Source: a virus
Lineage: Duplodnaviria; Caudoviricetes
Virus record (IMG/VR): IMGVR_UViG_3300047157_000005
Location: 1 to 53,225 of that record
Strand: one strand, 5' to 3'
Length of the DNA stretch: 53,225 nucleotides
Shown: positions 46,108-53,225 of the stretch, in pieces
Layout: each line of letters starts with the position of its first letter
Numbering within the stretch: position 1 is the stretch's first letter
The notes under the pieces: generated by a model
Told to the model about the DNA's origin: nothing
Seen by the model: the letters and a program-made list of their open reading frames with translations, nothing else
The model's database searches: none
Translations under genes and position numbers: made by a program

Positions 46108-48121
46108 TACATTTGATCTCCGTTTTCGTTTTCACCCATACTATTTAACGCACCATAACTAATTATAGGCGCAATCGCCGCAGTAGGTACACCCTTTTTA
46201 ATTACTGACTCTCTAAACTCTGGCGTTATCTTAATACCTCTTGAACTAAAAGGTTCACTAGTATTTAGCCTAGACTGTAATTGGCGGTGGGTCTAAAAAT
46301 ACTTGTCCTATCGGGGGATTTACATCAAACTTTTTAAGAAATTTCTTTAATCTGTTTTGAGTATCGCGTTATATAAAATTTTTCTGTACCTGGCTCTAAA
46401 TCTTCAATATTTTTTCCAGTAACTTTAGCAATTGCCCCTATATCGTCAGGAAATGTTAAATAATCAACATTTGGATTGTTTACAGCATCCAGAATAGATT
46501 TGCCTATTATTTGGTCTACCCACTTGTCTTGAGATGACATAAATGGCGCGCCTGCTTTTTTAAATCCTTGCTCACCACTAAAGTTATCAAGCTCTATTTT
46601 TTTCATTTCGTTTCTGGCGTCAAGTATGTCCATTTTAAGTAACATATTATCAGCATTTAAATTGCCGTAATATCTTCTGAAACCTTCATTTAGCCAATCT
46701 ACTGGCTTTGACGCCATATATTCCTGAACAGCTTCAACGCCCAATGGCTCTCTAGTCCAAGCAGTTTGCATTCTGCGAGCAAGTGGCTGATCAACAATTC
46801 TTTTGTCATCTTTGGCAAGTAAATTTACACCTCTAAACTCGTCAAAGTTGTAAAGTTGATAATGCAAAAACTCCAATTCATCTTCAGTCATTAATGCTGT
46901 ATCTAATGGAAGCTCATCTTTAATCTTAAAGGCTTTTGCCATGTCTTTAAATGTTTCATACTGATCTGATGGGACATTTCTTGTTGGGTTTTTAATTAAT
47001 TTATTTATTTGAAAAATAGCCGCTTCACGCCCAAGTCTACCCAACTCTTCTTGGTTTAAGTTATTGGCAAACATCTTTCGATTATTTTCTCTAAGTTTGT
47101 TAGAGTCAGCTATCATTGCCTTTTCATTTAGTTCGTTAAATCTAGCAACTAATAAACTTTCATCGTAATTTCTGGTTTCAAGTCTAGGTAAGTTTCTTTT
47201 CTTTTCATATATTGGTTCTGGATCAGTAAGATCTTTACCTTGCTGAAGTTGTTGAAATGGATCTGATTGCCCTTCGCCAACATACATAGCTTTTTCACCC
47301 GAACGTGTCGGAAAAATACCTGTTCTGCTGTGCATTACTGTACTAATAGCATCGTCTCCAAAATGACTTACTACCAGCAATCTGATTAGAATATTTATTC
47401 TTCTCTGTTGGATCAAAGTATTGAAATAAATTTTCTGTGTAGTCTTCAGCACCTTCTGGGAAATAATCTGAATATTCCGTGTCACCTGCACCAAAAACTC
47501 TAGGTACTTCTATGTTATTTCGTTGATAAAATGAAGGAGGATCTGCATCATAGGAGTCTTTCAGTGATTGACGTAACCGCCTTGTTAAGTAAGTATCTAA
47601 ATCCATAGAGTCTGAATCGTCAGGATTATTTTTAATCTGTTCAAGAATATCTGAATTAGTATCACCAGAGCTTCCATACGCAACATCAGGTTCAAATGGC
47701 ACTAGATCGTCAGGGTTAGACTTCATAGTATCAAGAATATTTAACTTTTCTTCATTGACCATATCTGTATCTTGCATAACTTCTCTTATAGCCAATTGCC
47801 CTTCTTTCATCTCTGGTCAAAAAATCCGTTTCACCAGTTAATCCTCAGTCAACTTTTCTTGTGTTTATTTCAAGTCTGGGATCATTTTCAGTAAGGTATT
47901 GAATAATTTCACTTTTAGTAACCTTTTTACCTTTAAAGAAATCATCTGCGCCAGACCACTCTAGCTCATCTGACTTTGCTCCATTCCTTAACATCATAGC
48001 CTTTAGCTGTTCGTAAGAGCCTTTTTCTTGCAACAATTCTTTAGCCGCCTTTATGGTTGGACTAAAAAATTTAGCTAAAGCACCTAATACATAGTCAGTA
48101 GGTTTTGACTAAGTTAGCCAT
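46107..48121 (-). CDS. Large polyvalent-type putative cargo protein, broken by several indels
   Basis: Fragments 47845..48036, 47343..47810 and 46334..47494 plus a terminal ...GIKITPEFRES...YGALNSMGENENGDQM; motifs GAKSDELEWSG, SHF, EGQSD, APF...W. ATG at 48121, TAA at 46107-46109. Confidence 0.55.
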
Positions 48122-48122
48122 A

Positions 48123-48380
48123 TCACCACGCCTTACATGACCAGTATCTGGCCTTTGTCTTTGGGCCAGGGTTATCACAATTATGACGCGCTCTGAAGCT
48201 CTTTCTGCGACCTGCCTGTGCTTTCTTAATCTTCATATTGGCATCCCCAAAGGTAACTTTCTTAACTTTATCGCCATCAGTCACATATACAACAGACTTC
48301 TTCTTGCCATAAGATGCTTCACCTTTAGCTATTCTGCGTGGCTTGTTTAGAGTTACAGTTCTACCTTGGTATTTTGCCAT
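48123..48380 (-). CDS. Basic small protein
   Basis: VKKVTFGDANM...RRKSFRARHNC...KARYWSCKAW. Confidence 0.75.
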   Translation of the reverse strand: MAKYQGRTVTLNKPRRIAKGEASYGKKKSVVYVTDGDKVKKVTFGDANMKIKKAQAGRRKSFRARHNCDNPGPKTKARYWSCKAW

Positions 48381-49069
48381 TATCGTTTAACTCCTAAATT
48401 AGTTGGGCTTAGTATGCCATCTTCTATATCTTCAGAACCTCTAAGATATTTAAGTTCTACAGGTATAGTTGACCTACCACTTTCTATGCCTTCAATAATC
48501 CTATGGTTGCCTTCAACCACAAATGGCACGCCATCTTCACGCACATGGATAAGAATTGGAGACGCCTCGTAGCCACCCTCTGCAATACTTTCCCTGAGAT
48601 CTTGCATTTTTCTTGCGTCAGGTCTAAAGCTCTCTTCACCCATTGAGCCTCTAACATCTACAAGCATATTTGGATCAATTTCTATTGGCTTGCTAAAGTA
48701 TCCAGTGACACCATCTGAGTTACCTAAGTTTGCCCGATATGTATTTGGAGGTGCATTCTGTTTTGAGCGTTCAGCAAATCTTATTTTGCTTGCAAGCCAA
48801 TCTTCGTTTGGGTTGTCCACTTTCAGTGTAGGTTGTGCATCTTTGGCAATCTGTATTGTAATCGCGTTAGCTTCACGAGGATCGATAACACCTGAACGAG
48901 CGGCAGTTTCCAATGTAGCCTGAATAGCTTCATCAGATGCAGACGCAATGTCATCCGTGTCTATTCCAATTTGCTTTGCAATGTCAGCAAGTTTTTGGTT
49001 GGACTTAACATTAAGACCAAACAACTCACGACCCAGAGACATAGCTAATTTACTTAGGGAGCCAAACAT
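48380..49069 (-). CDS. ParB/Srx-like domain protein
   Basis: LRESIAEGG...PILIHV...VVEGNHRI...IPVEL. Confidence 0.7.
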   Translation of the reverse strand: MFGSLSKLAMSLGRELFGLNVKSNQKLADIAKQIGIDTDDIASASDEAIQATLETAARSGVIDPREANAITIQIAKDAQPTLKVDNPNEDWLASKIRFAERSKQNAPPNTYRANLGNSDGVTGYFSKPIEIDPNMLVDVRGSMGEESFRPDARKMQDLRESIAEGGYEASPILIHVREDGVPFVVEGNHRIIEGIESGRSTIPVELKYLRGSEDIEDGILSPTNLGVKR

Positions 49070-49215
49070 TACTTCTTATGTACTTTCTGAATATCAAATG
49101 ACGCTTTTCTTACAGCACCTTTATGTGGTTTGTATTCGCCCTTCATGAGCTTATAGCCTTTACCAGACTTCATCCAATGGTAACCTTTTGGTGCTTGTAC
49201 TGTCTTCTTAACCAT
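49069..49215 (-). CDS. Lys-rich micro-protein, 48 aa (not in the track)
   Basis: TAATG-coupled on both sides; MVKKTVQAPKGYHWMKSGKGYKLMKGEYKPHKGAVRKASFDIQKVHKK. Confidence 0.65.
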   Translation of the reverse strand: MVKKTVQAPKGYHWMKSGKGYKLMKGEYKPHKGAVRKASFDIQKVHKK

Positions 49216-49445
49216 TACTTCTTGCCTTTCCAGCTTATGCGCTTTTTAGATGTCTTTTTCTTAGTGGCTGTTTTACTCGCCTTGCTTTTGCATTGTGCCA
49301 TAGTTGGTCTACATGCTGGGTAACCTCGTTTAGTCTTTGTGCGTGACTTACGACCACAAGGCTTACCTGTCTTGCAGTCAACCCAACCTTTGCCATTGTT
49401 CTGAGAGAACCAAGTTTTTAAGCTGTTACTACTTTTTTTTGGCAC
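49215..49445 (-). CDS. Basic Cys-containing small protein
   Basis: LKTWF...WVDCKTGKPCGRKS...YPACRP. Confidence 0.7.
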   Translation of the reverse strand: MPKKSSNSLKTWFSQNNGKGWVDCKTGKPCGRKSRTKTKRGYPACRPTMAQCKSKASKTATKKKTSKKRISWKGKK

Positions 49446-49596
49446 TTTTCTTACCCCAATTTTTTGCGCCTACCTTGCGACATTTAACTAAAGCACCTGA
49501 CCCATAAGCAGAAGGCCATGTACCACCATTGCGTGTATATCTGCCTTTTACTTTTCTATAACATGCGTCTCGTTTAGCTTTTTTCTTTGCAGGCAT
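49429..49596 (-). CDS. Basic micro-protein, 55 aa (not in the track)
   Basis: MPAKKKAKRDACYRKVKGRYTRNGGTWPSAYGSGALVKCRKVGAKNWGKKSAKKK; GAGG RBS. Confidence 0.7.
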   Translation of the reverse strand: MPAKKKAKRDACYRKVKGRYTRNGGTWPSAYGSGALVKCRKVGAKNWGKKSAKKK

Positions 49597-49657
49597 TGCC
49601 TCTTTCCTTTTAGTTTAAATTCACTATACTGTATTTCCTATTAGAAAGGAATATAAA

Positions 49658-49852
49658 ATGGACGACCCACATACTATACGCCAAATTGTCTGGGATAGAA
49701 CTTGGAAACTTGCTGAAGATGTTCATCAAAACTCTGACAAAAGTGGAAACTTAACGACTGACCAAGAGAATAAGATAGAGGGTTTAGACAAATACCTTTG
49801 CAGTGCGCTTGGAATAAATAGAAAAGATTTTCCAGATCCAGATGGCGGTTAA
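49658..49852 (+). CDS. Small opposite-strand gene inside the late region
   Basis: AGAAAGGAATATAAA-ATG RBS; TATACT at 49625-49630; fills the gap between minus-strand genes. Confidence 0.55.
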   Translation: MDDPHTIRQIVWDRTWKLAEDVHQNSDKSGNLTTDQENKIEGLDKYLCSALGINRKDFPDPDGG

Positions 49853-51052
49853 CGATTATAGGGATACCCACGATTTTCCATTCTCCTTATTTCCATCATT
49901 ATATCATCTATAGTTTTTGTTGTTAAATCTTGTGATGGAACTGACATAGTAATAGCTCTCGTATCACTAACTTCAGGTTTATTAGCCAATCTTCTTTCTT
50001 TTAGATACTTTGGAAGCAATAAATCTCTAGGTATATCCACAAATGCTCCACCTTTAGTAGATGTTCTATACAATGGAGTATTTGGGACACGAGGTATTGA
50101 TACAGGATATGTGTTATGATCGGTTACTCTTGTTGTAGGTGCATTGTAATCAATTTGACCTATTATGCGACCAGTAGCATCTCCAGTACCCATACCAAAC
50201 ATATCTTGTACAGATGTAGCCGCTCTTGCTGAAGCAACATCTGGAAAACCTTGGCTATTCCATTTTCCAGTTTCCATTGTTTTAACAAAAAGTTTTCGAT
50301 CATTTCCGCCTTCTGGTCTATTTAAAAAATCCCTAAGTTTTTTCATTTTTTCAGGATTGTCTTGAACACCATTTAAACCTGGCCAATTTTCAATACGATC
50401 TTTCATAAGATCATCAAACTCTTTAACTGATTTATTAGTAATTTTAGCATTCGGCATCATGGCAATAATTGTATCAGATACCATTGTAGAGTAGTCGTTA
50501 CTTTCACCACCCATGTTAGTATACACACCAAAAACTGGCTTGCCTTCTTTGGTAATTTCACCAGTTTTTTTATCTATTTTTTGACCTGAAGCACGTTTTG
50601 CGGCGTTCATAACTGTTGTGACAGGACTTTTATTACTTGCACCAAATCTATTTGCATCAAAATTAGATCCTTGTCATTGGATACTGATATCCAGCGTCAA
50701 GAGGCACAGGGAATGCAAGATTTTCATCATTTACCCGTGTGAGTACACCCAGATCACTTCGATCCCACATAGTAGGTATTACAGCAACGTCTTCATCAAA
50801 AAACCTTTCCAATGGAAAAGGCTCAACATCAACAACATCATCAGGTTTTATAATCGTGCGTCCAGTTTCTTCAAGTGGAACATTACCAACATTTACTTTA
50901 ATACGACCTAAATCTGTATTTTGCATTTTTTCGCGTGTTGTTAACTTGCTTCCACGATTCATGTTTTGAATAATATCTATTCAGTAAAGAACCAAGCGCA
51001 CCTTGATCTTTTATTACCTAGTTTTTAATAGGAAATCTTTGTAATTAGGCAT
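49849..51052 (-). CDS. Putative cargo protein, broken by indels
   Basis: Fragments 49849..50610 and 50663..50962; TAATG-coupled ATG at 51052. Confidence 0.5.
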
Positions 51053-51180
51053 TACTTCTTGGCTTTCTTCTTCTTCTTACGTTTTGCAACAGCCCTTAAA
51101 TCAGCACCAGTAATTTTCTTTTTATTACCTGCAACCGCCGCTAACTTTTTTTGCTTTGGGGAATACTTACTGTATGGCAT
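51052..51180 (-). CDS. Lys-rich micro-protein, 42 aa (not in the track)
   Basis: GGAGG RBS; MPYSKYSPKQKKLAAVAGNKKKITGADLRAVAKRKKKKKAKK. Confidence 0.7.
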   Translation of the reverse strand: MPYSKYSPKQKKLAAVAGNKKKITGADLRAVAKRKKKKKAKK

Positions 51181-51181
51181 G

Positions 51182-51511
51182 TTAGCCTCCTAGAAGTTTG
51201 TTCATCATGTCGTGGACGCTACCGCCATCAAGCTTCATAACCTTTACTTTGACATCTCTGCCATCTGGCATTTCCATCATTTCATTGTGGTGGCAATCGC
51301 AATCTTCTTCGCCTTCACAATCGCAGTCATCCTCATACATATCATCTTCATCGTATTCGTCGCCGAGTACATGCTCTTGATGGCACAACAATAAGAAGTT
51401 AACGAGTTGATCATCTGATAGTTCTAATCCATCAGCGTCATGTGGGAAGCCCATTTTCTCTTCAAAAAGAATTGCATTGTCTTCCATATTTCCGATATTT
51501 ACTTCAGCCAT
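51182..51511 (-). CDS. Highly acidic protein with Cys/His tract
   Basis: GGAGG RBS; EDDCDCEGEEDCDCHH. Confidence 0.7.
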   Translation of the reverse strand: MAEVNIGNMEDNAILFEEKMGFPHDADGLELSDDQLVNFLLLCHQEHVLGDEYDEDDMYEDDCDCEGEEDCDCHHNEMMEMPDGRDVKVKVMKLDGGSVHDMMNKLLGG

Positions 51512-51520
51512 TTTAACCTC

Positions 51521-51948
51521 CTAAGTTACTTGGGCGCATTCTAGGCATTGGGGATGTCATTTCAGTCATACCTGCCGCTTCACCAGTAGGTAAATTACCA
51601 GCTTCTATGTCACGTTGCCTTGCATCAAAAGCGGCTTGCTGTTGCTCTTGGAGTTTTCGATTAAACTCTTGCATACGTTTTCTTCCATTTCAGCTTCACA
51701 TCATTAGGCGCATACCCATTCTCATTTCAGCTGAATCAGAATTGCACCAGAATTCCCATATCAGGCATCGCACCCACAACACTACCAAACATCTCACGTT
51801 GGCGATCAGTAAGTGCGCCACCATTTTGGATCATTTTGCCAAGATCCATTAATTCTTTTGCAGATTCTTCATCCATGTCATTCGGATTAATGCTTTGCAG
51901 AAATTGTTTAAGCAGTTGAAAGTCAGGGTTTTCTTCGATGTTTGGCAT
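51521..51948 (-). CDS. Hypothetical protein, 3' part frameshifted
   Basis: GGAGG RBS before MPNIEENP; track fragment 51736..51981; coding-like sequence continues to ~51521. Confidence 0.45.
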
Positions 51949-51970
51949 AACTGCCTCCTTTTGTATGTTT

Positions 51971-53225
51971 TTATTCTGCACTCATTCTTGCGCCAGTTAA
52001 ATATTTTTCTTCAATGTATTTTCCGTCTGGAGTTTTATACATCACTGTACCATCGTCTAATGTTTCTTTAGATAACAATTCATCAATTCTTATTCCAGAT
52101 GCGTATCTACGCAACCAATCTGGTATACCTACGCCTGAACCACCTTTGTAGTATCTACTGAATATATCATTAGCAACGTCACTTCTTGATCTATCGTTCA
52201 GAGTTGTATTGTTATCGTCTGACCCACTCATACGAGCATCTCTTGCTTGAGAGAAAATAGATGTTGGGTTTTGATCAATTCTGTCTTTTGAACTGCTTCT
52301 ATAGCTACTTGGATTATAATCTACAGTGGTTGTACCATCATTATATCCAACATACTCACCTTTTTCGTTGTATATTGGAGTAGCTCCAGCTTGTAACGCC
52401 GCAGTCTGTTCAGCTATAACAGCCTTTCGATCCTTCAATGCCACCTTCCAACATCTTCTCACCTAAGTAGCCACCTATTAACGGAACAGTCATACCTGGC
52501 AAGAATGATGTAAAGTATGCCAAATCACTTGGCGGTATATCTCTTTTCATTATTTGATTTGCTATTGCGGCATCTCGCCTCAATATCATTCATTCCAGTT
52601 GTATCAACTTGTAGGTTGTTGCTGTAGTCATCAGATACGCCGTAAACGTAGTCTCTTTGTCCAGTAACAGGATCTAAGTATAGCCACCACCTTCTAGTGA
52701 TTTACCAGTTATAGTATCGACTAACTGACCATTTACATAAGCGGCATTATCACCAGGTGTAAATAGGTTTGCCATTGTCTCTCTACTTGAATTTAATATC
52801 GGCGCACCACCAAGCCCACTAAAACTTCCAATGTTATTTTTTTGATTATCAAAAGTACCACGAATTACGTTGCCAGTAGATGTCATTCCACCAGGTGCTA
52901 TTAATTCACCTGTAGCATCATCGACAAGCTGACCACGAACATATGAAGCTCCATCATTTGGTGTAAAGAAGTTAGCCATCTCTTCAGCTTGCGTGTTGTA
53001 TACATTCTCAAGGCCAGTGTAATTTGCTGTCGTCGTCGCAAACTGAGGAGCATTTCCTGACGCAACCGACGACAATGCACCCACTTGCTCACCTTCAACT
53101 ACAGGTTCAGACATTTCTTAAACCATATTGATCAACAATGATGGACTTGCACCAAAACTACCTTTTGTTAATAAATTTTCCACAAGTCTCCATCATTTGC
53201 AGATCCTTGTGAAAATGCAAAGTCA
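51971..53225 (-). CDS. Fragmented low-complexity putative internal protein(s)
   Basis: Fragments 51971..52462 and 52674..53114; internal duplication MANFFTPNDGASYVRGQLVD / MANLFTPGDNAAYVNGQLVD. Confidence 0.45.

Noticed and set aside
46107-53225. Stop-codon reassignment as the cause of fragmentation
   Set aside because: The fragments lie in different frames, and TAA, TAG and TGA all end intact genes elsewhere in the window.

Overview
The window is an apparently near-complete, circularly permuted ~53 kb genome of a tailed dsDNA phage of podovirus type: it has a P22-like tail-stabilisation protein and ejection proteins, and no tape measure, sheath or integrase. The host is probably a marine alphaproteobacterium (inference from TTG-N20-(GC)TA(T/C)A promoters, a GcrA-like HTH and a GH108 endolysin with a GTA-type holin). 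Layout: minus-strand packaging genes (portal, TerL, TerS; 1-5.4 kb); an iteron-rich putative origin (5.49-5.80 kb); small early genes; a DNA methylase and a primase-polymerase/helicase, with no family A/B DNA polymerase; a plus-strand recombination operon (AAA ATPase, DUF669-type SSB, Cas4-like and other nucleases, GNAT, SF2 helicase, VRR-NUC); and a long minus-strand late region (ejection proteins, tail, lysis, fibres, capsid, scaffold, GroES, then putative head-cargo proteins and Lys-rich micro-proteins). Several essential genes carry single-base indels, which points to long-read sequencing errors. Most notable: (1) a six-gene cassette beside the lysis genes encoding exported, disulfide-type proteins, including pilin-like and pilus-chaperone-like members but no usher; (2) a recurrent G-[AS]-L motif near the termini of putative head-cargo proteins, with seven translationally coupled basic micro-proteins, one of which copies the capsid N-terminus; (3) a promoter-driven structured small RNA whose 23-codon ORF has a sequestered RBS; (4) a repeated promoter/operator unit in front of moron-like genes. 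All family assignments come from motif recognition by eye; no database search was run.
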